Counted from the stretch's first letter, positions 1-15,200 are shown. The stretch is 64,000 nt of DNA from Lama guanicoe (GCA_013239625.1 MU053493.1:2365793-2429792); one strand, 5' to 3'. The notes: generated by a model not told the origin, from the sequence alone. Translations and numbers: made by a program.

Positions 1-168
1 AGAATCGCTTATTATCAAAAACAACATTCATAACCCTACACACTGATTATAAAAACCTAAAAGCTAACTCCCAAAAGGACTCTCTGTGTGTTGATCCAAT
101 TAGAAAACAATGGAGACTCCAAGGCATCTCTGACAAGCTACATAATTTATTGAAAGGAAATGGCTCAC

Positions 169-269
169 CTTCCCCTCTGAAACCCACACCAGCTGGTTCT
201 GCTGCTGCTGAATCGCTTCTTTCAGCGCTCCGTACCAGCCGTCATTCATGGAGTTTAAGTTAATTGTAG
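169..269 (-). CDS. TJP1: TJP1 exon 18 (101 nt), [12 protein letters not shown]...WVSEGK, end of GUK
   Basis: tttcag|CT...AAG|gtgagc; ORF 100..312. Confidence 0.97.
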
Positions 270-3200
270 CTGAAAAACAGAGCAGCATTGTGGCGTGGTT
301 AGAACCGTCCATCCAACCTGCCTAGTGGTCAATCACCATCACTGAGTTATCTGAAAGATGGTCCTGGAGGGTAGACACACCCTTTGGAATGTCCACTTTG
401 GCCCTGGACATTTCTTCTCATCAACAGCAGCTGCTAAAACAATAACCACTCCAGGCAAAGGTCATGTCAGTTTTAATATCTGGACCACACAGCATCTCTG
501 TCTACAGGCTGTTGCACAGATACTTTAAGCTGAAAGAAAGCCTTTGACACACTCACTTGTGAAAAGATGGTGATTGTTTTTACGAAGTTTATGAGACCGC
601 TCATACAACTTCCGGGCACTCTTGCGTGATTCAGGACACAACCTCATCCGCATCGTCTTCACACCCTGCTTGGAGTCCGGGTTGAGGAACACCACAATCG
701 GATACCACTGGGCGTAGTTCAGACGATCAACCGCATTCGGTGTCACATCTAATAAAGCGTGTTTGTCCTGGAGACACAAACAAGAAAACAAACAAGGGGA
801 CGAGACACGGCTAACTCAGGAGCACCACCTTCAGAAAGTCACAGCCAAGACTGTGTTCCCACAGTGTCGGACCTTTAACTATGCTCTGAGATGTCTCAGG
901 GGCACATGTCAGGAAAATGTGTACATAGAAGTTAACTCAATATAATTTCCAGCCCAATTAAAACAAAAGAAAATTCAGCCAGCTCGCTTTTAAGACAGCC
1001 CCAATCCTTGCAAGCTGACAGTGAAAGTAAGTGTAACAACTTAACGTTCCTGACGTGACCTTGTGAATAAGAACACGTTCCCCATCGAGTACACATCAAA
1101 GTGCAACCTGAGCGGGAGTGGAGCAGTATCAGCAGTCTTACTACAGCTGAACACTGCAGACTGTTTTGTGGTGATGAAGGATCACCCTCTAAGGCTTGCG
1201 ATACTAGTCCCCTGAAAATTATTATTATAATTATACTCTTTCAGTAATGGCTTAACTTTCTTATGGTTATATCGGTAATAATTTTAGAAAAACTATCTTC
1301 TACTTTCAATTTAACCAAACCCCATCCCACTGAGAAACACAACACTCACAGCTTACAATGAAACAGGTCAGTTTTCAATCACTTACTTGATCTATTATTT
1401 GCTTTATTGTATGAAGGCGAATGATACCAGAGCTGCGCTGGTCAGTTCCAGCATCGCGGGGTTCACTTTCTATTCAGGATGCCGCGACAAAAACAAAACA
1501 TCAGTTTCCATGGTTAGATCAATGCTGAACCACGAGGCACTAACAATATGCTGGGCCCATGATGCTGAGCTGTGGGGCCACCATGGACCCCAGGGCCTGT
1601 TTAGCAGCACCTCTGGCCTCCATCCAGCAGAGGTCAGCAGCCGCCCCCACCTCCCTTTTGCTCCCATTTTGATGAAAACATCCCCTATGGGTCAGAATAG
1701 CTGGGTGTCACCACTGGGTGAGACCACCTGGGACTAGAGGGAGGGGAGTGAGGCACCTGCCTCAGGTGCAAAATGTAATGGGGTCCCCAAAACCTCAGCA
1801 GTCAAGGAATACTTCGATGAAGTATGTTCAAAAAAATCAAAATTAGCAATTCACAAAGAACAACATGTTAAATAGAATCAGAACCAAAATTTTAAACAGA
1901 ATCAGTAAGTGTAACTTGAGTAAGTTATTGAAGACTGTCACTCGGTCAAGAGAAACTGTCAACTATGGCATTTTGCTCAACTGAAAATGAGGTTAAAAAG
2001 AAGTGGATTTAAAAAATAATATTGATGAACTTGCTACTATTAAAGCCAGGAAAGGAAACTGTAAACTGTGTGTTTGGTCTAGGTAACGTATTTAAACTTC
2101 AAAAATGTGACTTTTAATATTTTTCAGAAATTTTCCAACTGTTTTAATGTTCTGGAAAAAAACAGCCGTTAAAAAAACGTAAGAACATGTATACAGGGAT
2201 ATCCATTTTTTCTTTTGCTCCCATACGGCTGGGCTAGGCGTCACTGTAAACCTCTCAGTGGTGCCCCACCCGAACCTAGGGGCTGGCCCCCGACTCACCA
2301 CAGCAACAACACTCAGCAGACTGGGAGGAGTTCTGGGCTAGAGACCAAGAGGAGGGGACCTGGGAGCAGAGAAGGCTGTGACCCTGTAACTGCAAGATAG
2401 CCTGTGACTTCCTGCTGGCTCCCTGTCCCTCCATCCTGGTGTGTAATGTGCTGAAGGTCGCTGAGGCTGATCTCTAACCATGGATCTCAGGGGTCTAACT
2501 GCCATGAAGCATTTCACTAAAGAGGCACAGCAATGTTTGTGTGCTGGTCACAAGGAAATCTAGAAAGGAAGGTTCGAGCTCTGTCTGTTTCAGATCAGAC
2601 AAAGGCAGAGATTTGCAGGACAAAAGTCACACCGAGTGACTCAGTGAATGATCTGAGAATGAGACAATCATGAGATAAAGCAGGGCAAAATGTCAAATCT
2701 GGTGGACACAGCAGAACTCACGAGAGGGATCAACTGAGAGTTTTGGTTGGAGAAAATGGAACAAGATCCTAAACCCGCAACAGAAGTCACACATCGTAGC
2801 CAGAAAACTTATGTCCCATGTTCCTTCCTTCCTGTCTCTGGGAATTGTGTATAACAAGATCATCCTAAATATGGAAAAGCTCTATATATTCTCGACTATT
2901 TAAATTCTCTGGGAAATAAGGCAATGTACACACAAGCAAACAAAATATGGACAGACTTCTGCATTCTTTGTTTCAGTAAAATACAAATTTGAAACAAATT
3001 ATACAACTGAAGGCCAACCAACCACAAGCTGAATGTAGAATAAAATGATGACACATTGTCTATTAAGAAGGAAAATGGGGTATGAACTTTTCTAATCAGT
3101 GTAATAAAACTTCACAGAAGTATGTTTACAAAGGGTGGAGAAAACACAGCAGGTAAAACGTAGGGTGATGATATTTTTTCACTTTTCAAAATACAGAATA

Positions 3201-6200
3201 AAATTTTTCTAATTAGGAAAAAAAGCTTACATTTCTATAGATAACTTAAAGCAAGCCGAAGTGGTCATAACTATGTCTGCATATTTAAACTACCATAGTA
3301 GCTAAATTAGTGGGAGAATCTGCAAGCAAAGTCCATAAGGCACTGAAAGCACCACGCCCTCAGGACTCACACTTCACACTAACTCACTGAAGGTGTCTGC
3401 GGTACCTGAGCGTGAGTCATGCTTCTATTTCTCTCTTATACACTGGAGCATTTCTGTTCACTTCATGACTGAAAGCCCTGGACTGGAGCAGGAAGAGCTG
3501 GGGTCAAAGCCAAGCACACGGCTCACTGGCTGGGAGTCGCCAGGACTGACCATGATGAGGGTCCCAGTACCAGCAGCCAAGGGCTCAGCAGGGACACTCT
3601 AACACCTGCCCTGTGTGGTGCCGTCAGGATCAACTAGACTGTGCGCTAAGCGGTTTTCTTATGAAACCCAGAGACTTGTAAGTGGTAATGCTTCTCCTTA
3701 TTAGAGAAAAGTGGCAGAGCCAGGGTGCAGCCACTCAGGTTTCCCTCCAAATTAAATTTTCACTTGCGAAAAGCTTTACTTCTATTCAGTGAGTGGATCA
3801 GACCCATCCTTTACAGCAGTAACTAGTAAACTATGCCCTCAACTTCATCTCAAGTCAGTACTGAGGATACTTACTCGCGATCTGATAAATCTCTGGTTCT
3901 TCTCTCGCCAGCTTTTCTCTGGCCACATCAGCTATTGGTCCAAAGATGGTCACAGGCCTCAGGAACCCAGCTGGGGAAACATTCAAATGAAAACCAGCAT
4001 AGTTCACACTTTCTCTTTCTTAGGCATATTGACATCAAAAGGTGTTAGGTTAGTCTGTAGAAAATAAACCACCTTCTCGAAGAACGACTCTTTCATATGC
4101 TGGAAACTTGGTCTGAACTGGCTGGGCTGACAAATCTTCTCTGCTCTTTCGAAGATTTCTCTTGGAGCTACGAAGGCCTCGGAACCTCCAGAAGTCAGCT
4201 CGGTCTCCGCCTGCTGTTTTTGGAAGTGTGTACTGTACACTGGCTAACTGTTCAGCTCTGGACAAGAAAAGATAAAAATAAATAAGGGTATTTTAAAAAC
4301 AAAACAAAAACTTTCAATGGAACGAAATGTCAAAACACTAGACAGAACTTCATTCAGTTGAAATCTTAATGGTTAAGGAGTTTGTACAATGACGTCAGTT
4401 ACAGATACGGCAAACAACAAAAACTGATTTTTGGCGTTACCAAAATTTCCCAGTGGTACTGAAATCTTGTCATCGTTTACTTAATTTTTTCTGAGAGGTA
4501 TCCAAACATTCTTACCTGTTCTTATTAGGGATGATGCCTCGTTCAACCTCCTTATGATTTTTGCCAATTCGAATAGCAAGCCAAGAGCCCAGTTTTCCAT
4601 TGTACAAGGTATCCACAACGCGGAACACCTCTCCTTTGTTAAAACTAAGTCCATAGGGAGATTCCTTTTCATATTCAAAGTGGGTTCGAATATAGAAAGA
4701 ATCTCCTACATCTGATTCTACGATGCGACGATAAACTACAAAGAATCAAAACAAAACCAGTGTCAGTGACTAGTGGGATAAGAAATTAACCTGAAGAAAA
4801 TCCATTATGTGAAGATGCTGCTGATAATATTAACAAGAACAAGAACAATGGTACAACCAACGCTGACTGCTGACTGATTACTCAAGTGCTCTCCCATGTG
4901 TCGAGTCATCTCACAGAATGCGACACTCAGCATGTCCATCCTGCAGAGGAGGGAAGTGATGCGGACACAGATGAAGCCACATGTCCAGAACCACACGTGC
5001 TTCCCATTTAAATCTTTAATGTGGCTGCAAACTTTACAGAAGGCCCTGTTTTTCTAAACAAGTGGCTCTCAGATGAGGGCGACTCTGTCTCCCCACGGGA
5101 AGGCTGCACTACCTGGAGGCATCTTTGCTGGCTGCAATGGTGTGTTGGGAGGAGGGTGTGTGTGCTACTGACATCTGGTGAGTAGAGGCCAGAGGTGCCT
5201 TTAAACATCCTGAAATACATGGGACAGCCTTTATAACACAGAGTTCTTTGGTTCAAAACATCAATAGTGCCAAGTGTGAGAAACCCTGTTCTAAATGAAG
5301 TGGATCTGCCTTATCACAGAGAAAATGAGGCACTCTCCTGAGTTAACCTAACAAACACCAGAGTACTGCTTAGAAAACACCAGCACAGAATTCAGAAGCT
5401 GCCCATTTACAGTTTTGTGTGGACCAGTACAGGATGCTTCTGTGCCTTGTAGAAGGGTTGATGGCATTCCACTTTGATGAGAACGCCAGAAAAGGGGTGG
5501 TCCCATTACTGCTCTGTGCTAAGGAGCACAGTGTAAGACAAATGACAAAATAAACTCCCTCTGAGATGAACAAATTCATTTATCACTCAACTTTGAGTGA
5601 TTTATTGAAAACACTGAAATCAGAATTCCTCTGTAAGTCCTCAAACTTCCCCAGGTTTATTTTCTCAGGTTTCTGACAGTATCTCACCATCCTTCTTTTT
5701 CTGAGCCAGTATGGTCACTTCTTCTCCTTTTGGGAGGTCAAGGAGGAAAAGGACGGCTTCTTCTCTTATGATATTTGTGAAGTCTACATTGTTTACCTGT
5801 TAAAATACATTTCACAGATCACTCTTGGCCATATTTTCAGATTATAAAAAGACTGGTCTATACAGGAAACAAATAGTCACAGAGTTTACCCAATTTGAAA
5901 ATACCACATCTACAAAGGTGAAAGTTTTTATTTTACTTTGGAGAAAAGAATATACTCTAATTTAAAATAAGCAGAAACCAAGTAAGTAGAGTGAATGAAG
6001 GCGTAAATTCATTTAAAGAGTAGTCACAATGCATCCTGACATTAGAGATCATGCAAGGTAGAACTTTAGACCAAAAAAGACAATTTCTAATTCCAATTAT
6101 TTATTATAATTGTAAAATCTCCAGATCTAAATTCTTAAATTATAAGTTCTGTGGATGTACAATAGAGCCCTACATTTTCCTAGTCTCTGAAAAAGAAATC

Positions 6201-9200
6201 AAAAGAAAGTGAGAAATGGAAAATAAAAAGAAATGGCGCGCACACTGTGCCATCCCTGTCAGGGCATCTGTACGAGGCAGGCTCCGCGTCTGCCAAGTCA
6301 GTATTTACATGAGATGCTCCTAAGGACCAAAATGTACTCATCACAGTATCATCAGTGACTGAGTGCGGGGTTTCTTCTTTTCATCTCTGGAGAGTTTCCA
6401 CATTAAAAAAATTTCAACATGGATTGCATTTATGTTACAAAACAAAAATAAACTATTAAGAAATATGGCTCAGATGACATGTGCCCTGATTACATCAAGC
6501 AGGATATAAGGTGGGTGAGAGAACAGGTCTGTTTAAGTACATATGCTGTGTCAATCTGAGGACCACCAAGAGGAACCACAGCACAGTGTCAGGTGGGAAT
6601 CAGTCCGACACGCTGGCCCGCTGGGTCCGAGGGGAAAGGAGCAGGGTGAAGAGGCCCCAGGCAGCCGCCGTGGGAGCTCGCAAAGGTTCTGATGTGGGCT
6701 GCTGCCCTGAGTGCCCAAGCCCAAGACGGGGGCTGTGCAGCAAGAGAGAAGAGGGGCCCGCAGACATCTCCCAGGTTTTAGGAAGAATGATTAAAGAAGG
6801 CAGGAAAAGAATCAAAAAGATCAGAGGAGGGACAGAATGGCAGCGTGATGGAATCCAAGGAAGAAAGCACTTTGAAAGGGATCCCGTAAGGGCAACACCA
6901 GCAAGCACTGGAGGAGGATGCAGGCTGAAGGGGAGGTGCGCTCAGCGACGCGCACACGGTGGTGTGTGGAAGCCGGCTGACTGCACCGCTTCACGACATG
7001 AAGACTGAGAAGATAGTGGGGAGGAGCCCCACCACACCTCCTTCAACACGCACAACAGCAACAGAAGAGGAACAGGACAGTGGAAGTCAGACGAAGAAGC
7101 AGAGGACAGGCAGAGAGAAACCATGACCAGAGTGGCAAAATTCTGGAGGAGGAGGAGAATGAACTTGGAGGCAGGCAGGAGGCAGCCGGATGCAGAGGAG
7201 ACCAGAGCAGGGGCAGTGATGACGACGCGGGGGTGGGGGTGGGAGCTCATACCTGACACACCTCACCTTCTTGATAAGGTGGGACAGAGTGTATCTGGCG
7301 GGAAGGGTGGATATTTCAGAAAGAGAAGACATAAATAAAGATGGTACTATGTTACCAGGCAACACCGCTGATGGAAAACACACAAAAAACTGAAAGAAAA
7401 AGAGGCCCCTGGTAGACTGCACCTAGCTGGGCTTCCCTGACTGCCGTGGCTGGCCCTACCTCTGGTGGGGCCTGCAGCATGTGCACCCCACCTCCTCGGC
7501 CCCCAGCCCTGACCGCAGCAGGGTCGGGGGAGAAGGCCCCACGGGGCTCCACGGGCTCCTGGCAATAGCACGAGCAGGAAGAGACAAGTTGAGCGCAACT
7601 ATGCCTGATGAATTTCTTAAATGGAATGTCTAGCGGGCTCCAGACACTGCAGCACCCATTGTAAATAGTAGGTTTGCTGTGTGTGATGCCTTTTTCCAGA
7701 GCTAAGTCCTTTTGAACCCACCGAAGTTGACACTCTGACGTACCCTGAGAATTTGATCACCCTCTTCTAAGCCTTCTTTGGCCGCAGGGCTATCTTCAAG
7801 AACGCCAGCTACAAATATTCCAACATCGTTTCCACCAGCCAGCCGCAAGCCCACACTGTCTCCTTTTCTGAACTTTACTAATTTCATGCTGGGCCTGTTA
7901 ACAAATATTTCATTTGAAGCAGTTAAGAGAAGCCTGAAAAGTTACAGCAACTGATACAATGAAAATCACATTTAGAATAAAATAAAGGACCAACATCTTG
8001 GAAATTTTCCCCATACCACTAATTTACTGAATAAAATTTAGTGGTAGAATTCCAAATCAGATTTAATTGCACTTTCTTTTAATTTTTGATAAAGTAAGTT
8101 TTAAAATATCCAAATTTAATATGTAAGTACTGTTTTACATATTAATTTATAAAATTACTTCATAAAAACAATGTTTTCCCAGCTGTCGGTCTTAGATATA
8201 TGTGGTACATTCCCAATGGCTGAAAAATCTTCCATTTTCCCAGCCCAATGCATACTGTATCATCTCTATGGAGACACAATGTTGTATAAAGGTAGAAATT
8301 AAAGCATAAATTGACAAATTTTCCTAATACCAGGGCGCCAAAATCAGGCTTTCGTACTGTGACCTCTGTATTCAACAGAGAGTGGTTTTGAAACTTTGCA
8401 GTTGAGGGACTCGTTCAGTAGCTCACACAGATCACCTACTCTGCAGCCCTTTTGAATTCTAAATGAAAAGCATGATCATTCAGCCCTTTAGGATTAGCCC
8501 CATGCCTAATCTCTGCCCTCTTCTTGTTGACAAAGAATGGAAACGAATTAATGCAGGCACTTTCCTCTATCATCAGTGCACTGTCAAGACCCGGGACACT
8601 CCTGCAATAAATGCTGAAGAATGGCTAGACAGAAACAGATCATCACCCTTTAGGGTAACTGATTACAAATTATACATATTACAAATTACCCTTCTAGGTT
8701 TCCAAAACCATCCCACATTCCTAGCCAGGAAGACACATAATTCTTGTACCTATTCTGACATGAAGTGTAGAAAAAGTCTTTTTAATCTTAATTTACTAAG
8801 TAACAATGAGCAAATAATTAGAAACTAACAGAAACTTAAAAACACAAACCAAATGAATTGAGAAAAGACATTATCTAGTCCTTTAAAATCAACTAAAAGA
8901 TTACCTTAGTTTTTAGAACTTAAAATGAATTCACATTTGATCTGGTTTCCTCAACTGGAACTAACATTAGCTGGACATAACCTAAGAACTTGCAGGTTAG
9001 AGAGGTCACACTGTCCGGGCTGGTGGTGGCCCTGGTCCCCCAGTCTATTTCCCAGCTTTCTTACAGAGGATGAGCCTTGGCTGTGACGGTACCCTGCTCT
9101 TCTGCCTGCGTCAAGAGCCGTCTCACAGATGCCTCTCCCAAATCAACCCGTACAGACAGCTCTTTCAGACATTTTCTTAAAGTCCTAAGACTCCAGGTCC

Positions 9201-12200
9201 CTGGAAGTCTTTCTCTAACACAGACCAATCCAGTGGGCCTCAAAGAGTAAAAATAGTTGGTTGTAGTCTCTACAATCCATTAGTAAGATGTGGGTTTTTA
9301 AAGCCACTGTTTGTGGACAGCTTTAGGCACAATCTCATGGTCACGTGCCCGACATGCCTGCTATCTTAGACTCTGCCCTGCGTTGTATCAGCTACATGCA
9401 GTAGCAAAAGTAGACTAACTGCTTCTGCCTCATGTCCACTCACTGAATCTGGATGAATAACCAGGCCTTTCCTGGCTCAGCTACAAATCCTGCCCACATC
9501 CCCAGTCCCGTTCGCTATCTGCTCTTCAGGGCTCTCTCAGGGAAACAGGTCTCTGGAATCTAATCATAAAAGTTTCCTGAGACCGTAAAAAATCAGGAAA
9601 GCTCTCAGACGATTCTTAAGAAGGAAAAAGTGGACAACCCCTCACAATTGATGAAATTGTGAATGATCAGTTACCTAATTTTAAAAATGTACAATTTAAA
9701 CTTGTGATACCCACCAGTTTCAGGAGCTATTTCTCTTTACCAAGTTGGGTCTTAACGCTAACAACCTAACTTACTTTACCAGAGAAAACAGATGAAAGCA
9801 GGGGTCTAGACAGAACCCACTTGAGGAAATTTGGGGATTTTCCATTACTCATGTCATGTCCCTTTCACCACAAAGGCAACAAAAAACTAATCTGATGATC
9901 ATGATGGTTTGAAATCTGGTTACAAAATTTACATCTCAATCCGACTACGTATATAAAACATGTAGCAGTAGAAGATGCGGAACATCAACCCTTATTTCTG
10001 AGTTGCTAGCTAGTCTAGGACAGGTTCTCGACCAGTGGTGACTTTGCCTGCAGGAAACACTCAGTGTCTGGAGATATGTTTACTTATCTCAACTGTGTGT
10101 GTGTGGATGTGTATGTGTGCATGTGCTTGGGTGCTACTGGCAGCTAGTGGCCAGGAATGCTGTTAAATATATGCCACAGTGTAATCAGGACAGTCCACCA
10201 TGATAATCAATTATCTGTCCCCAAATGTCGTGCTGAGATGGACACACTGATTTTTTTTTTAATGCTAGGGATTTAGACTGCCTGTGAAAATTCTGATATT
10301 TAAATAAAAAATAATTTTTTATCTGTAATTCCTGACCTAAAACTACAGAAAACAGTGGTAAGAAAGAAGTAAACAGCCAGAAGGTTCCTTTATGTTCTCT
10401 AATCTCTGATTCTATCATGTAAATAATTTAAAAAACCTAAACAAATCATCAAGTAGTATACACTATTTTTAAAAGTACATGTAATACGGCTCACAACTGA
10501 GCTCTCACTTTGAATAATGCTGAGTAACGGGCAGAGAAGACAGCACAAGTCAGAATCACATACCGAAGGATCCCGTCTTCATGAGTTGAATTGGGCAGGA
10601 CACCATCAGACGGACTGACAGGCAAATCCACGTCTGGTTGTCCAACTTGGGCATACACTGGCTTTGGTTCTAAAAGAAAATAAAATTTAAATTGTGTAGG
10701 AATCACTTTAAAAAATGGAATAACGATGCAAGCTACCACTGAAATAACAGAGTCTGCAAAATACAGCAAAAACCTAAGTTCAGAGCTCCTGATCAGGACC
10801 ACGTATACTATGTATGGAGTACATATACACATATACATTAGTTTCCAGCTGCAAATTCTCATGTCCTTACAAGTCTGCAAGTTACATGGTCCCTGCACTT
10901 TTCACAGCTCCAGCTGTTAGGGTTTAAACAATCCATTTTCTAGGGAAGAATAACAGAAGAGGAAGAATACAGGAACAGAGAATCTTCTTAAGACTGTCCA
11001 AGTAGCCTTCTCTCTTCACTGTGGTTAAGTTTATTTCTAAACATCCACGGCCTGCCACCAGTCAGAGCAGAAAGAGGTTCCAAGGGGAGGACCTGAGAGA
11101 CGTTAGAACTCAAATCTTTAGGCCCATCCAGCACCTGGATCTCAGAACCCTGAAGAGCCTCACGGGAGGCCTCACATACAGCTCTACAGTTATCCTCCAT
11201 AACGCATTTCTGAAGACACTTTCAACAGGTAAAGTTTCTTGAGTCAATCTCACATGTCCCTTCAATGAGAACTGCTAGAAAACACCCCACTCACTGTAAA
11301 CTGCTGTTAACCACAAATAACTGCTATCCAGAACATTTTTAAAATTCACAAAAATCTACCGATCTATGCCCACCTCCACCCATAAAAAAGGCACTGGAAG
11401 TCACAGACAACGAAGTTCACGTGTGGGCGGTCAGTCACAGCAGCGGCATCTCTACGCCGTCTGTAAATCCCGACGGGCAGTCTGAACGCAGTCCCTCCTG
11501 GCTTACCTGGGAGAGCGGGGGCTTGCTTCTCACTCCTCTCAACTAGAACTTCATCCGCCGCCACAGCTGTATGATCATCCACGTGCTTCACAGGAGTCGA
11601 GACAGCCCCAGGTTTAGAAATTCTCTCTTCCTCTCTGCTCCGGAGACTATATGCCAGTATAATAAAATATTCTGAGTGAAAATCATTCGTAAACCGCACA
11701 AGAACAGCCCAGACAACCTCAAAAAAGAATGACAGGAAATGTGCTGTAACAGGTATCAAAATACTGTAAAAACCTAATAATTAAAACTAGAGCAGAAACA
11801 GACAGGCAAATAGATTTAACAAAACAGAAAATGGAGTAATATATCTGTAGCACTACAGCTTACTGTGGAAGCAGCAGTCCAAAACTGCTAGAAAAGAACA
11901 CACTGTTTAATAAACAGTGTTAGGACAACTGTCCACAAATTAAGAAAAATTGGACCTCTATGCACATTAATGACATAAATATAAATCAATTTCAGATGGG
12001 ATAAAGTCCTAAATATAAAATTTTATCACTGAAAATAGAGGACTTTCAAAGTAAGATTCATGACATGAAAGCCATAATATATCCAAAGTGAATACATAAA
12101 AAGTTAAAAAGCATGCAATCAGGAAAAAATGTCTTAGGTTTAACCAAACGAAAAAAAATTTTTTAGTTCAAACAACTAAATATTAGCAATCTGACCTAGT

Positions 12201-15200
12201 ATATGTAGTAAGAGTTCACTATGAAGACTATATACTGATCTAACAATACACATTAAGAATCTGACATTTAGAATATATAAGGAACTAAATAAACATCAGT
12301 TTAAAAGAGACAATTCAAGGGAAAAAAAGAATAAATACTAGGAAGAGGCAATTCACCAAAAAGGATACACAAAAAGACAATAATCTTGAAAACATATTCA
12401 ACCTTTTGAATAACTAGGGAAATGCAAATACAAACAACTAGAAATCATCTTATTAGTCGTGAGAATTTTGAAATGATAACATTAACTGTAAGGAAGGACA
12501 TGGAGAAATAGACATTCTGGATGGTAAAAATAATTGTAAAAATGAAAAGTGACTGTACAACTATTTGAGGGAAAAATGAGAATTATTTATCAATACACGA
12601 AAAAATGCAAGTATGCAACAGCCTGCAATCCCACTCTTGAATTTATTCTAGAGAAATAGATATGCGTCCAAGAAGACATTTATAAGAATAGTTACTCTGA
12701 GCTCAGTTCTAATACCAATAAACAAAACAATTAAAACTAAACATCCATCAAGTTTCCCAGGAAAATACAAATTATAAAAGTTGAACCAAGACAATATATA
12801 TAGTTTTTTAAAAAGGCCAATAAATGTGCCTCACATAAAAAGATAAGTTAAGATCTGCCATCTAAAAAGCTATCAGGTTTACAAGGTTTTAGTGACAGAG
12901 TTCTTTCAACTCTGAAAACCAAATAATTTGTTTCTTCAATTATCCTAGACCATAGAAAAATACAGAAAGCTCTCTAATTCAATTATTAAAACATTTTTAT
13001 TATAGAAAATTCCAAATATACATAGTAATACGGAAAACAGTATCAAAAATCTTGTGTACCTATCCTTAAAACCTTCCAACATTCTGCTGATCAGAAATTC
13101 AGTCTGAGTGGCCGGATAAGAAGTAGTGGTATATTTATACAATGGAATACTACTTTGCCATAAAAAAGAATACAATAATGCCATTTGCAGCAACATGGAT
13201 GGACCTAGAGATCGTCATTCTAAGTGAAGTAAGCCAGAAAGAGAAAGAAAAATACCATATGATATCACTCATATGTGGTATCTAAAAACCAAAAAGGGGG
13301 AGGGAACACTATGAACTCATCTACAAAACAGAAACAGACTTGCAGACTTAGTAACCAACCTTATGGTTACAGCGGAAAGGGAGTGGTGGGAAGGGGTAAA
13401 TTTAGGAGTTTGAGATTTGCAAATGTTAGCCACAATATATAAAAATAGATTTTAAAAAAAGTTTCTTTTGCATAGACGGGGAACTGTGTTCGATATCTTG
13501 TGATAGCCTCTAACGAAAAAAAAATATGAAAGCAAGTATATGTATGTGTGTGTGTGACTGAGATATTGTGCTGTACACCGGAGATAGATACATTGTAATT
13601 GACTATACTTCAATTGAAAAAAAAAAAAAAGAAATTCAATGTGAGGACAACTTCCAGAATCTTAGCACTCAAATCTTGACAATTAACAGTACGAAAGAGA
13701 AAACAAAAGCTATTTCAAAATATGAATGGGGAAAATATTCTAAATAAAATATTGGCTAAGCTGTTAGCACTGCATTAAAGGGTCATTATACAATGGCTAC
13801 ACCAGCGCTATTTCAAGAGTGCAAGGGCAGTTCAACATTAGAAATCTAACACATAATTATATCCAAACGTTACAGAAAAAAATGTTAATATTGGTCAAAC
13901 AGGCATGTGAAAACATTTAAGAGCCATTCCTAATAAAATCCATAAATAAAGCAAAGACACAGGAAATACAGTTAGTAATGAGGCTATTTTCGAAACCAAA
14001 AGCTAATACCACATTAAATAGCAAAATGCTGAATGTGTTTACTCTAAAATCAGTAACAACACAATGATACCTGCCAACAGTACTGTTATTAACCACTATT
14101 TTGAAGACTCAGATGATACAATCATGAGGTAATGCACCTGAAATATTGGGGGAAAACTTCAGTGAGTATAAAAGAATCCCAAAAAATTATCTGAATTAAG
14201 AGAATTTTAATTACCTTAAAATTCAACAGATTTTTTTTTCAATATCCTCAACTATCAGGTAGAAATGAAAAGGAAAAAATATGCCAATAACAACATCATT
14301 AAAAACTGTAAATCTATACAATCTTAGACTGGGGGAGATCCGCCTAAATAAGCAAGATAAAAATTCAGAAGCCATGGAAGAAAGATGAAAATAATTCACT
14401 AGACTAAAAATGTTTAATTGCACAGGAAGAGGTATTATGAAGACTTATTTGCAACACGCCCATCAAAAGAGCTATTACCAACTGATGAAAAATTGAGGAA
14501 AAAAAAAAAAAGCCCAGCCCAATAGAAAAACGAGTAACAGAAATGAATCAGGAAATTTACTGAGGAAGAAATCCAATGGTCAATGATATCATAGAAAGAT
14601 AGTAGTTCCACTACTAGTCAGAAAACTTGTCAATTTAAAATAAAGCATTACTGTTTTGTAACCATCAGACTGGTGAACATGGAATTCTGAGAAACAAAAG
14701 TAAACACTACTTCTGGAAAGTAATCTGACACCATCCATGAAAAATTTTAAATAATACTAACACACTCTTTAATTACTTTAGAAATAAAAAGAGTCTATCT
14801 ATGAAATTATGGACAAAAATGGGTACAGAAAACTGTTTTGCACAGGCAAAGACTTCCCATAATAGGGAAAACTTCTCATCAAAAGAATAAGCTGGAAAAA
14901 TGCTAACCTTGTGTTGAAATAAGTTGCTAGTTAGGGAATAATGTGCAGAACCCAGCCTTTTAAAATTATTTAAAAACACACACATACCCAAACTCTATAC
15001 ATGATACCAAATGTTCATACGAGTGTGACAAAGGCTTAAATCAAGGGAGTGAGAACTGGGAGGAGGTGGAGGCGGCAGATTTCGCCTATTTTACTAGTTC
15101 TAATGAGCAGACATGGCTTCTATGATGAAGACACCAACTGAAATATTAAAGTAAAGTACAGTGAAATAGAATTCTATCTATAGACAGCAAAGTAGCTGTA

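Noticed and set aside
4390..4397. Perfect CRE palindrome TGACGTCA in intron 13
   Set aside because: A single 8-mer in 64 kb is near chance expectation and has no supporting context.
6511..7598. Several overlapping 65-165 aa ORFs in intron 11
   Set aside because: GC- and purine-rich degenerate (probably L2-like) sequence with few stops; no recognisable domain or splice structure.
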